From assembly GCA_041397165.1 (NCBI GenBank), contig JAWKXE010000018.1:17289-81288 (forward strand): a stretch of 64,000 bases of DNA, written 5' to 3'. Shown here one piece after another: positions 1 to 9,733 of this stretch (positions are counted from its first letter, which is position 1; each line of letters opens with the position of its first letter). The DNA is from Paracoccaceae bacterium. Its GTDB lineage: Bacteria; Pseudomonadota; Alphaproteobacteria; Rhodobacterales; Rhodobacteraceae. The position numbers were made by a program, and so were the translations under genes. The notes under the pieces are model-generated. The model had not been told where the DNA came from. It did no database searches and worked only from the letters and a program-made list of their open reading frames with translations.

Positions 1-92
1 TCGGCCGCCTCTTGCTGGGCGCGGTCGTCGAGAACGGCGAGGGTGCGGTCGTTCGAGATGAAGTCGAAACCGATCAACAGATCTTCGGGCAT
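1..92 (-). CDS. N-terminal fragment of an unidentified protein; the gene continues past the window start
   Basis: ATG at 92-90 on the minus strand, preceded by aaaggatacccaa (AGGA-type RBS). It reads MPEDLLIGFDFISNDRTLAVLDDRAQQEAA with G/C-rich third positions. Too short to name. Confidence 0.35.
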   Translation of the reverse strand, partial: MPEDLLIGFDFISNDRTLAVLDDRAQQEAA

Positions 93-232
93 TTGGGTAT
101 CCTTTCATGAATGCGCCGCCTGGGCGGGGATGTTTGCGTTAGGCATTCATGGGTCGGATGGACCCGCGCCGGGGTTCAAAGAAATCCCGGGGTTTCGGAT
201 TATTTATTGTAACGAATTGAAGTATATGAAGT

Positions 233-1132
233 TTATTTCGGTGTGACCGCACCCCGACCCTGCCAGCCGGCCGGAATGGCATCGCCGAAGCGGGCACGGC
301 AGAAGGCATATTGCGGCGCCAGGAAATCCGCGAGCGCGGCGCGCGCGTCGTCGGGCAGGGGCAGTTTCACCGTGGTCTCGTTGCGCGCCTCGCGCGGTAC
401 ATTGGCATGGAAGGGCAGGCCGGCAACGGCGCAGAGACGGCGCAGGGCGGCGTCCGAAAACAGATCTTCGTAGAACAGATAGAGCAGGTCCTCGGCCGGG
501 AAACAGGCGTCGAGCGCGGTGACGATGGCGCGGTAATCGGCGCGCGCGGTCAGGGCGGGGGCCTGCATCGCCTGGGCCCAGGTGGCGGCGATATCGTTGT
601 CCGGGTTCATCTGTTGCAGATGGCGCAGTTGCGACCAGAACCGCGTCACCGGATCGCGCATCAGGAACAGGACCCTGGGCCGGATGCCATGGCCGGCGCA
701 AAAACCCTTCATCCAGGCAAAGCCCTCGGGGCCGATGGTGGAATAGGCCGGGGTCAGATCGGCGCAGCATCGGGTGCGGGCGTCGGCCAGCCGCGCGAAA
801 TGGTCGAAATAGGCCGCGTCGTCATAGATCATCTGCACCCGGTCGACGCTGGCCTGGAAGGTGGCGCGCTGGCGCAGGTTCTGCGCCGGGTCGCCCGGCT
901 GCTCCAGGTGGAAGGCCAGCCGCGACAGCGCCACCGCCTCGACATCGCCCAGCGCGTGCTGCGGGAAGCGGGCGTTGAAGAAATGCAGCTCCTTCAGCGG
1001 CGAGGTGGCGGCCTCGGGGATGGCGCAAAGGTAGTGATAGAGCCAGCTGGTGGCGCATTTCGCCGCCCCGATGCAGATCAGGAAGGTCTTGCCGTCGAGC
1101 TTTGGATGGGTCTGCGGTCGCGTGGCTGGCAT
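233..1132 (-). CDS. sulfotransferase family protein
   Basis: ORF 233..1240, trimmed to the internal ATG at 1132 (MPATRPQTHPKLDGK...). It has a PAPS 5'-phosphosulfate-binding-like motif (FLICIGAAKCATSWL) and a 3'-phosphate-binding-like motif (LFLMRDPVTRFWSQL). Confidence 0.7.
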   Translation of the reverse strand: MPATRPQTHPKLDGKTFLICIGAAKCATSWLYHYLCAIPEAATSPLKELHFFNARFPQHALGDVEAVALSRLAFHLEQPGDPAQNLRQRATFQASVDRVQMIYDDAAYFDHFARLADARTRCCADLTPAYSTIGPEGFAWMKGFCAGHGIRPRVLFLMRDPVTRFWSQLRHLQQMNPDNDIAATWAQAMQAPALTARADYRAIVTALDACFPAEDLLYLFYEDLFSDAALRRLCAVAGLPFHANVPREARNETTVKLPLPDDARAALADFLAPQYAFCRARFGDAIPAGWQGRGAVTPK

Positions 1133-1338
1133 GTTTTCCGCGCGCCGCGCGGGCGCCCCCTTGCATGGTGTTTCCCCGGCCCCGGCGCGTCGGCTGCGGG
1201 GTCGTCCGGGCCAAGGCTGCCACAGCGGCGGCAAGGGCACAATATTCGGGCGGTTCGCCGGGCGCGCAATCCGCCCATTCGCCTTGCGCCCTTGCCCCCG
1301 CTTGCCCTAAAAGTCCCAAAGACATTTGGGGAGGCAAC

Positions 1339-2560
1339 ATGCGTCGAGTAGTCGTTACCGGTCTGGGGATCGTGTCCAGCATTGGCACCAATGCCGACGA
1401 GGTCCTGGCCTCGCTCAAATCCGGCCGGTCGGGCATCCGGGCCGATGAGAAGATGATCGAGCATGGCTTCCGCAGCCGGGTCTCGGGGCAGATCGACATC
1501 GACGTGGCCGAACAGGTCGACAAGCGCACGCTGCGCTTCATGGGGCCGGGGGCGGCCTATGCCCATATCGCCATGGGCCAGGCGATTGCCGATGCGGGCC
1601 TTGAGGAAGGCGATATCGTCAACCCGCGCACCGGGCTGGTGGCGGGCTCGGGCGGGCCCTCGACCAGTGCCATGCTGGTGGCGCATCAGACGGTGCTGAA
1701 CGCACCGGCGCGACCAAGCGGATCAGGAGCCCTTCGCAGTTGCCGAAATGCATGAGCAGCACGATCTCGGCCAACCTGGCCACGGCCACAAGATCAAGGG
1801 CATCAACTATTCCATCACCTCAGCCTGCTCGACCTCGCTGCATTGCATCGGCAACGCGGCCGAGCAGATCATGCTGGGCAAGCGGGACGTAATGTTCGCC
1901 GGTGGCGGCGAGGAACTGGACTGGACGCTCAGCTGCCTCTTCGACGCCATGGGCGATGTCGTCAAGTATAACGACACGCCCGAACGCGCCAGCCGCGCCT
2001 TCGATGCCGGCCGCGACGGTTTCGTCATTTCCGGCAGCGGCGGCATCGTGGTGCTGGAAGAGCTGACGCACGCGCTGGCGCGCGGGGCGAGATCTATGCC
2101 AGGTCACCGGCTTTGCCGCCCACCTCGGACGGGCATGACATGGTGGCGCCCAGCGGCGAGGCGGCGAGCGGGCGATGCGCACGGCTGACCCTGCCCGAAG
2201 GCCGCCGGGTCGATTACATCAACGCCCATGGCACCTCGACGCCCGTCGGCGACGTGGGCGAGGTCGAGGCGGTGCGCCGGGTCTTCGGCGAAGGCAGCAC
2301 GCCGCCGATCAGCTCGACCAAGTCGATGACCGGCCACGCCCAGGGCGCGGCAGGGGCGCTCGAGGCGATCTTCTGCCTCTTGGCGCTTCGCGATGATTTC
2401 ATCATCCTCGATCAACGTCGAAACGCTCGACCCGGCGATCGACCCGGGCGAGGTGGCGGTGGCGCTGAAGGAAGGCGCCGGGCTCGATTCGGTGATGACC
2501 AATTCCTTCGGCTTTGGCGGCACCAACGGGTCGATGATCCTGTCGCGGTATCTGGGATGA
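1339..2560 (+). pseudogene. fabB: beta-ketoacyl-ACP synthase I (FabB), broken by at least 4 frame changes; probably sequencing indels
   Basis: Read across three frames it gives MRRVVVTGLGIVSSIG..., [35 protein letters not shown] (active-site Cys), [36 protein letters not shown] and NSFGFGGTNGSMILSRYLG-stop. For example, ctgaacgc sits where ctggaacgc is expected. Confidence 0.85.
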
Positions 2561-3356
2561 GCGCTATGAACGACTGTATGAAGGGCAAGCGCGGGCTGAT
2601 CATGGGCGTCGCCAACGACCGCTCGATCGCCTGGGGGATCGCCAGGGCGATGGCCGAGGCCGGGGCCGAGCTGGCCTTCACCTATCAGGGCGAGGCCTTC
2701 GGCAAGCGCCTGGCGCCGCTGGCCGAAAGCGTCGGCAGCGATTTCATGGTCGATGTCGACGTCACCGACGATGCCTCGCTCGACGCCGCCTTCGCGGCCC
2801 TGGCGGCGCGCTGGGACCGGCTGGATTTCCTGGTCCATGCCATCGCGTATTCGAACAAGGACGAGCTGACGGGCGGTTCCTCAACACCAGCCGCGACAAC
2901 TTCAAGAACTCGCTCGATATCTCGTGCTATTCCTTCATCGAGTGGCGCGGGCCGACGCTGATGACCGAGGGCGGCACGCTTCTGACGCTGACCTATCAGG
3001 GCTCGAACCGGGCGGTTCCGAATTACAACGTGATGGGCGTGGCCAAGGCGGCGCTGGAGGCGACGGTGCGATGCACGGCCAGCGATCTGGGGCCGCAGGG
3101 CATCAGGGTGAACGCGGTCTCGCCGGGGCCGATGAAGACCCTGGCCGGCGCCGCCATCGGCGGGGCGCGCAGGAACTTTTCCGCCATGTACGGAAGGGAG
3201 CAGCGCCGCTCAGATCGAACGCGACGCTCCGAGGAGGCGGTGGGCAGCACGGCGGTCTATCTGGCCTCGGACGCAGGCGCCTTCACCACCGGCGAGGTGA
3301 TCCGCGTCGATGGAGGCTATCACGTTCTGGGGATGCCGCAGCCCGACCACCTCTGA
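2557..3356 (+). pseudogene. fabI: enoyl-ACP reductase (FabI), frameshifted; probably sequencing indels
   Basis: MSAMNDCMKGKRGLIMGVANDRSIAWGIA (NAD-binding N-terminus), YNVMGVAKAALE (catalytic Tyr/Lys), IRVNAVSPGPMKTLA and GEVIRVDGGYH. The frame breaks at ~2870-2960, and a compensating indel pair at ~3170-3240 leaves a locally out-of-frame patch. Its ATG overlaps the fabB stop (ATGA). Confidence 0.85.
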
Positions 3357-3521
3357 GCCGGGCGGCACGCCAGGCACTTGCAGTGCGGGCGTTCTTTACT
3401 AAATCGTAACGAAGTGGCAGAATACTGGCCATCTGAACGAATGTTCTTGTGTTCACATGACATCACCTGAACAAAGTCCCCGGCAAAGTTGCTGCTTCGC
3501 CGGGTTCTCTGTTTCAACGGG

Positions 3522-3611
3522 TTAGCCGCCGAACCAGAGCTTCAGGACGGCGACCAGCAGCGATGCCGCTGCCAGAATCACCATCCATTTCCTGAACGAA
3601 TGCTCATTCAC
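3522..3611 (-). CDS. candidate 29-aa small hydrophobic protein (VNEHSFRKWMVILAAASLLVAVLKLWFGG)
   Basis: GTG at 3611, 9 nt downstream of GGAGG (rc of cctcc at 3621-3625), one predicted TM helix, TAA stop. It lies in an AT-rich convergent spacer and is below the ORF-track length cut-off. Confidence 0.25.
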   Translation of the reverse strand: MNEHSFRKWMVILAAASLLVAVLKLWFGG

Positions 3612-3689
3612 ATTTCATCACCTCCTTCCACCGCGATGGGTCGCGGGTTCGGTCAAATTAGAGGTGAATTGTTAACCCTTCGTTGAGGC

Positions 3690-4403
3690 TCACCGCCGCC
3701 GGAAGGTCAGGTAATGCGGCACCCGGCCTTCGCGCAGGGCCTTCTGTTCGTAGCGGGTGGACAGCCAGTCCTCCCAGGGTTCGCGCCAGTCCGCCGGCCG
3801 TTCGGCCAGCCAGTCGAAGCCCTGGCGCGGCACCTCTTCCAGGGTCTGGCGGACATAGTCGGGAATATCCGTCGCCACGCGGAAGATCGCCCCGGGCTTC
3901 AGCACCCGCGCCAGCGGTTCGAGATGCTCGGCGGTGACGAAGCGGCGCCGATGGTGCCGCTTCTTCGGCCAGGGATCGGGATAGAGCAGGAAGGCGCGGG
4001 CAATCGAGGCCTCGGGCAGCACGTCGAAGAGGTTGCGCGCATCGCCCGGATGGATGCGGATATTGTCGCAGCCGGCGCGGCGGATCTTGCCCAGCAGCAT
4101 GGCGACGCCGTTGATATAGGGTTCCGCCCCGATGATGCCGGCCTGCGGGTTCCGCTCGGCCTGATGCACCAGATGTTCGCCGCCGCCGAAGCCCACTTCC
4201 AGCCAGACCTCGCGCCCGCCGAACAGCGCGTCGAGGTCGAGCGGCACCCGCTCGGGGTTCTCCTCCCAATCGACCGGGCCGGGCGACAGGCGGGCCAGAT
4301 CCTCGGCCAGATAGGTCTCTTGCGCGGGTTTCAGGGTCTTGCCCTTCACGCGGCCATAGAAGTTCCGCCAGGGCGCGCCGGTATGGTGGTTCGATGTGGT
4401 CAT
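3690..4403 (-). CDS. trmB: tRNA (guanine46-N7)-methyltransferase
   Basis: 237-aa ORF with EVGFGGGEHL (SAM-binding), LYPDPWPKKRHHRRR and TDIPDY, all TrmB hallmarks. Confidence 0.9.
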   Translation of the reverse strand: MTTSNHHTGAPWRNFYGRVKGKTLKPAQETYLAEDLARLSPGPVDWEENPERVPLDLDALFGGREVWLEVGFGGGEHLVHQAERNPQAGIIGAEPYINGVAMLLGKIRRAGCDNIRIHPGDARNLFDVLPEASIARAFLLYPDPWPKKRHHRRRFVTAEHLEPLARVLKPGAIFRVATDIPDYVRQTLEEVPRQGFDWLAERPADWREPWEDWLSTRYEQKALREGRVPHYLTFRRR

Positions 4404-4577
4404 GCCCGCCTCCTACTGCGGGGCGGGGAAGGTTTCAACTCTGCGGTTCCGGGCGGCGGGCGGTTCCGGCGAAATCCTGCAAAAATGCACATCATGTGAT
4501 GAATTTATTGGAATGGTTCATTTGCGCTCGCTACGCCAGATTGCCCGCCAGACAGTCACACGAACAGGACGGAAAAA

Positions 4578-5003
4578 ATGACCCAAGTTCAAACCTTCGC
4601 TGCCCCCGTGGGGCGGCTTCTGCTGGCCTTCATCTTCATCATGGCCGGCGCGCAGAAGATCACCGGATACAGCGGCACCCAAGGATATATGGAGATGATG
4701 GGCGTGCCGGGCGCGCTTCTGCCGCTGGTCATCCTGACCGAGCTGGGCGGCGGCATCGCGCTGGCGCTGGGTTGGCAGGCGCGGCTGGCGGCCCTGGCGC
4801 TGGCAGGCTTTTCGCTGCTGTCGGGGCTGATCTTCCATTACCTCCCCTCGCTGGGGATGGAGGGCATGGAGGCGCAGACCCAGATGATCGGCTTCATGAA
4901 GAATGTCAGCATTGCCGGTGGGATGCTGATGGTGGTCAGCCTGGGCGCCGGCGCCTGGTCGCTGGACAACCGGGCCAGGACCGGCGCCCGCGCCACGGTC
5001 TGA
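4578..5003 (+). CDS. DoxX family membrane protein
   Basis: 141 aa, 4 predicted TM helices. GRLLLAFIFIMAGAQKI and the overall layout are typical of DoxX. Confidence 0.8.
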   Translation: MTQVQTFAAPVGRLLLAFIFIMAGAQKITGYSGTQGYMEMMGVPGALLPLVILTELGGGIALALGWQARLAALALAGFSLLSGLIFHYLPSLGMEGMEAQTQMIGFMKNVSIAGGMLMVVSLGAGAWSLDNRARTGARATV

Positions 5004-5067
5004 CCCGGGGCAGGCTTGTGAACGAAACGACCCCGGCCGCAGCCGCCCTGTGGCCGGGGTTTCGCGG

Positions 5068-5391
5068 TCAGGCGAAATCGTTGGGGTCGAAGCTCTGGCG
5101 CTCGATCACGCGGATATTCTCGTAAGGCGTGCCCTTGACGGTGGCCCGCACGACCGCCTCGGCCCGGTCGAAATCGGTGACGTCGAAGCCGAAATTCACC
5201 TCCGGCTCGCCCGTTTCGCCATTCGCGCCCAGTTCGGCACCGGCCCATTCGCCGGCATCGGCGTCGAGCAGCGCATTCTCGATCAGTTCCATCGCCGCGT
5301 TGCGGAAATCGAGCGCGCGGACAGGATCGCCGTTGCCCAGACCGGGGATGGACTTGACGTCGTAATAGATCTCGATCGACTTGACCTGCAT
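5068..5391 (-). CDS. small acidic hypothetical protein
   Basis: ORF 5068..5412, trimmed to the ATG at 5391 (MQVKSIEIYYDV...). G/C-rich third positions. No family recognised. Confidence 0.5.
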   Translation of the reverse strand: MQVKSIEIYYDVKSIPGLGNGDPVRALDFRNAAMELIENALLDADAGEWAGAELGANGETGEPEVNFGFDVTDFDRAEAVVRATVKGTPYENIRVIERQSFDPNDFA

Positions 5392-5471
5392 GGCGGCACC
5401 TTCTGACAACACGTGTTGCGCAGGGCTATCGCAGGAAATCCTGTCAATTTTAGGGAGTTTCCCGGGCAGGC

Positions 5472-6101
5472 TCAGAGCCGGGCCGAGGGCCGCGCGGCGA
5501 TCCGGTCGAACCAGGCGCGGGTGGCGGTGTTGTCTTCAGGGATGCGGGCGCGGATGACGCGGGCGAAGTCGGTGAAGACGAATGCGGTGATATCGGCCAG
5601 GCTGAAGGCATCGCCGGCCAGCCAGGCGCTGTCCGACAGTTGCTGTTCCAGCAGGGCGAAGAAGGCCGCCACGCGGGCGCGGCCGCGCTCGGCCAGTTCC
5701 GGGATCTGCGGCAGGTCCAGCGGCCCGGGCAGGGCGCGGTCCTTCATCGCCGGATGGGAATTGCGGAAGGCCTCGGCCACGGCCATGCCGCCTTGCGCCT
5801 CGGCAATGGCGTTCCACATCGCCACGCGGGCCTTTTCATCGGCATCGCGCCCCATCAGCTGCGGTTCGGGAAAGCGCGCTTCCAGATAGGTGGCGATGGC
5901 GACGTTCTCGGTCAGGGTGCTGCCCGCGTCGGTGATCAGCACCGGCACGGTGGCGCGCGGGTTCACCGCCAGGAAGGCGGGGCTCAGCTGTTCGCCCGTG
6001 GCGATGGAAATCTCGCGGGTTTCGATCTCCAGCCCCTTTTCGGCGATGAACATCCGTGCCCGGCGCGGGCTGGGGGCGGTGGGGCAGTCGTAGAACAGCA
6101 T
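5472..6101 (-). CDS. glutathione S-transferase family protein
   Basis: 209 aa. The N-terminal thioredoxin-like part (SPRRARMFIAEKGLEIE, VPVL) and the C-terminal helical part (LAGDAFSLADI) follow the GST pattern. Confidence 0.85.
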   Translation of the reverse strand: MLFYDCPTAPSPRRARMFIAEKGLEIETREISIATGEQLSPAFLAVNPRATVPVLITDAGSTLTENVAIATYLEARFPEPQLMGRDADEKARVAMWNAIAEAQGGMAVAEAFRNSHPAMKDRALPGPLDLPQIPELAERGRARVAAFFALLEQQLSDSAWLAGDAFSLADITAFVFTDFARVIRARIPEDNTATRAWFDRIAARPSARL

Positions 6102-6109
6102 GGATCACC

Positions 6110-6793
6110 TCATTCGCGCAGGATGCCGCCGTCGTGCAGCGCGGCCCGGGGCGGAAACCACATGGTATCGCGCGGGGCGTGCATTTCCACCGCGAACTCG
6201 GCCTTGACCCCGCGCGAGATCGACCAGGTCAGGTCCTCATAGGCCTCGGCCCAGGTGTCGCGATAGATCCACGAGGCGAACTCGAAGGGCGTGTCCCAGC
6301 CTTCGTCCTCGTGCCACTTGTCGTAATAGCGTTCGACGGCCCCGGCCGACCAGCTGCGCGAATGGAACCCGATCTTCGAGCCACGCAACATGCTGCGCCG
6401 GTCGCCGCCCAGGAAGATGCGCACGCAGGAGGACGAGCATTCGCCGTCGACCTCGGTATCCAGTTCGAAGTCGATGGCGATGCGGGCCATTTCCTTGGCC
6501 GCCCAGACCGAGCCGCCGCCGCTGTTGAGCCTGAGCGTGGTGATGCCGTCGTTGTCGCGCAGCAGGTCGCGCAGCGCGTCGACATCGCCGTTGGAAATCT
6601 CCAGCGCGGCATCGGTCTCGGTGTCGTAGATCAGCGTGGTGCCGTCGACGGTGAATTTGCGGGCCGCGTCCTGACTGTCTTCGGCCTCGGTCTCTTCCGC
6701 CAGCTCGGGCTGGGCCAGGGCCTGTTCGGCCCCGGCGGGAAAGGCCGGCAGGCCGACGCAGATCAGAAGCAGCGGGCAGGCAAGATAGGTCAT
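6110..6793 (-). CDS. exported protein, ClpP/crotonase-like (COG3904-like periplasmic protein)
   Basis: ATG at 6793 gives the signal peptide MTYLACPLLLICVGLPAFPAGA, followed by LNSGGGSVWAAKEMARI...SSSCVRIFLGG. The stop is 8 nt from the GST start. Confidence 0.6.
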   Translation of the reverse strand: MTYLACPLLLICVGLPAFPAGAEQALAQPELAEETEAEDSQDAARKFTVDGTTLIYDTETDAALEISNGDVDALRDLLRDNDGITTLRLNSGGGSVWAAKEMARIAIDFELDTEVDGECSSSCVRIFLGGDRRSMLRGSKIGFHSRSWSAGAVERYYDKWHEDEGWDTPFEFASWIYRDTWAEAYEDLTWSISRGVKAEFAVEMHAPRDTMWFPPRAALHDGGILRE

Positions 6794-6879
6794 GGCGTTG
6801 AACCTAGCCGGATTTTTCGACCCGGCAAAGAAAAACCGGCGGCCGCGCGAGCCGCCGGTTTCGGTCCAATTCACCAGGA

Positions 6880-8047
6880 TCAGACCAGCGCTTTCAGCGC
6901 CTCGGCCAGAATCGGTCTTTCGGGGAGAAGCCGCCATCGGCGTCCGGGCTGCGGCCGAAATGGCCGTAAGCCGCGGTGCGCTGGAAGATCGGCTTGTTCA
7001 TCCCCAGATGGAGTGCGGATGCCGCGCGGGGTCCAGGTCCATCGCCTCGCGCACGGCGGCCTCGATCGCCTCGTCGGCGGCACGGCCGGTGCCATGGGTG
7101 TCGACGAAGATCGACTGCGGCTCGGCCACGCCGATGGCATAGCTGAGCTGCAGCGTGCAGCGGTCGGCGAGGCCGGCAGCGACCACGTTCTTGGCCAGAT
7201 AGCGCGCGGCATAGGCCGCCGAGCGGTCGACCTTGGTCGGGTCCTTGCCGGAAAACGCGCCGCCGCCATGCGGGGCCGCGCCGCCATAGGTGTCGACGAT
7301 GATCTTGCGCCCGGTCAGGCCGGCATCGCCATCGGGGCCGCCGATGACGAACTTGCCGGTCGGGTTGACGTGCCAGGCGGTCTTGCCGGTGATCCAGCCC
7401 TCGGGCAGGATATTGCGGATATAGGGCTCGACGATGGCGCGCACGTCTTCCGACGAAAGCGACGCGTCGAGATGCTGGGTCGAGAGCACGATCGAGGTCG
7501 CCTCGACCGGCTTGCCGTTCTCATAGCGGATCGACAGCTGCGACTTGGCGTCGGGGCCCAGCGCCGGCTCGGCGCCGGATTTGCGGACCTTGGCCAGCTT
7601 GCGCAGGATGGCATGGGCATACTGGATCGGGGCCGGCATCAGCGCCTCGGTCTCGGTGCAGGCATAACCGAACATGATGCCCTGGTCGCCGGCGCCTTCG
7701 TCCTTGTTGTCGGCGGCGTCCACGCCCTGGGCGATATCGGCCGACTGGGCATGAAGATAGCTGTCGACCTTCATGTTGGCCCAGTGAAAGCCTTCCTGCT
7801 CGTATCCGATATCCTTGACGCAGTCGCGGGCGATCTGCTCGACCCGGGCGATCACCTCGCCGGGGCCGCGGACTTCGCCGCCGATGACCACGCGGTCGGT
7901 GGTGGCGAAGGTTTCGCAGGCGACGCGCGCCTGCGGGTCCTCGGCCAGGAAGGCGTCGAGAACGGCATCGGAAATCCGGTCGCAAACCTTGTCGGGATGG
8001 CCCTCGGACACGGATTCCGAGGTGAAGATGTAATTCTGTCGTGACAT
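6880..8047 (-). pseudogene. metK: S-adenosylmethionine synthase (MetK) with 2 frame changes near the 3' end; probably sequencing indels
   Basis: [51 protein letters not shown] and [19 protein letters not shown]. The C-terminus (..AEALKALV) continues in the frame of ORF 6880..7287. Confidence 0.9.
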
Positions 8048-8053
8048 GAAATA

Positions 8054-8098
8054 TGCTCCATTGGGTCTTGCCGCTCACGCCAGGAAGCCGTTGTGAGG
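8054..8098 (-). ncRNA. SAM/SAH-type riboswitch candidate in the metK 5' leader
   Basis: The minus-strand RNA reads CUCACAACGGCUUCCUGGCGUGAG-CGGCAAGACCCAAU-GGAGCA-UAUUUC-AUG. It has a 5-bp stem (CUCAC/GUGAG) and a loop containing GCUUCC that can pair with the GGAGC Shine-Dalgarno (pseudoknot). This matches my recollection of the Rhodobacterales metK SAM/SAH motif. Confidence 0.6.
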
Positions 8099-8180
8099 GC
8101 ATCGGACACTCGTTACGCGCGCCGGCCTGAAGGGTCAATCGCAAACTGCGGTCAAGTCCGGAACTCGGCCCGGGGTTGCC

Positions 8181-9733
8181 TTATTGACGGGCAGGGCGGC
8201 GGCGATGCAGCAGCGCGGCGGCGCCGAGGCCCAGCAGGATCAGCAGCAAGGCGGGTCCGTCGCCGCTGCGGGCATAGAGCGTCGGCGGCGCTGGCGGGCG
8301 GGGGGCATCGGCAAGGCCGAGCTCGCCCAGGGAGGGATGCGGTTCAGGATCTCGCCCTTCGGGCCGATCATCGCCGAGACGCCGGTATTGGCCACCCGCA
8401 CCATCGGCAGGCCCTGTTCGATGGCCCGCATCCGGGCCTGTTGCAGGTGCTGGTAGGGCCCCGAGAACTGGCCGAACCAGGCATCGTTGGTCAGCTGGAG
8501 CAGCAGCCGGGGCCGCGCCGGGGCGGCGGCGGCATGCGGGGAAGGGCCGCCTCGTAACAGATCAGCGGCACGGCGGGGCCGATCTCGGGCAGGGTGATCA
8601 GCCGCGGCCCGGGGCCGGGCGAATACCCGTCGCCTTCGCCCGCCGCCAGCCCGTGGATGCCCCAGCGCGCCGCCAGGTCGCCCAGCGGGATATATTCGCC
8701 GAACGGCACCAGGTGGTGCTTGTCGTAAAGCGCCTCGACCTGGCCCTCGGCCCCCAGCAGGATCAGCGAATTGTAAAGCCGCCCGTCGCCGATCCGCCGA
8801 ATGCCCAGCACCACGGGCGTCGCCGCGGCGGCCTCGGCCACCATCGCCAGCGGCGGTCGGCGCCGTCGAGCATCCAGGGAATGGCGGTTTCCGGGCCAGA
8901 CCACCAGGGTCGGCACCCGGCCCTCGCCGGCCAGTCGGTGAACTCGAGCTGGCGATAGAAGAAGGTCATGACATGGTCGGGATCCCATTTCTGATCCTGC
9001 GGCGCGTTGGGCTGGACCATGCGGATGACGGGTGCGTCGGGCGCGGGCGGGCTGGGCTGCGACAGCGGCACCGCCAGCGCGATCAGCCCGGCGCCCAGCG
9101 CCAGCGGCGCCAGGGCCCCGCGCCAGCCCGGCGTGGCCAGCCGCCACAGCAGCGTGGCCACCACCAGCGCCGCAAGGCTCAGCCCGTGCGGGCCGATCAG
9201 GGCGGCATATTGCTCGGCCGGGCTCGATTCCCAGATGTATCCGATCAGCGCCCGAGCGGTCAGGATGTAGGCGCGCCGCATCTCGGCCCCGCCGAGCGCC
9301 GCGACGAAACCCAGCGCCCCGCCGCGGCCCAGTGCGCGCGCCAGCGCCATCGCCCCCGCCCCAGAAGGAAGCGCGAGGCCCCCCGACGGGAAGACCAGCG
9401 CGAAGGGCGCCATCCAGCCATGCCGGGCGATATCGACGAGGAAGGCTCGACGATCCAGTTCAGCGCGGCGGCGAAATAGCCGGTGCCCACCGCCAGCAGC
9501 CGATCCGAGCGCGGCCGGGCGCCGCGCCGGGCGCCACCAGCGAGAAGAGGCCATAGAGCCCGGCCAGCCCGATCAGGCCCAAGGGCCACAGATCGACAGC
9601 GCCTGCGCCAGCGCGCCGCCACCGCGCCGCAAAGCGCCGCCAGCGCCATCAGGCGCCGCAGGAAGGTGCTGCCGATCCGCGCGCCCAGACGCTCCGACAG
9701 GCTGGGACGCCGGCGCGGCGCGGGGTCAGTCAT
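8181..9733 (-). pseudogene. lnt: apolipoprotein N-acyltransferase (Lnt), at least 3 frame changes
   Basis: Fragments lie in three frames: a multi-TM N-terminus (9260..9733, 8763..9554); a CN-hydrolase core with [28 protein letters not shown] and PLICYEA; and [21 protein letters not shown]. The stop is at 8181. Confidence 0.8.

Noticed and set aside
1102-1338. N-terminal extension of the fabB ORF (the track ORF starts at 1102).
   Set aside because: The extension is R/A/P-rich. The canonical KAS N-terminus MRRVVVTGLG starts at the ATG at 1339, which is preceded by a GGGGAGG RBS.
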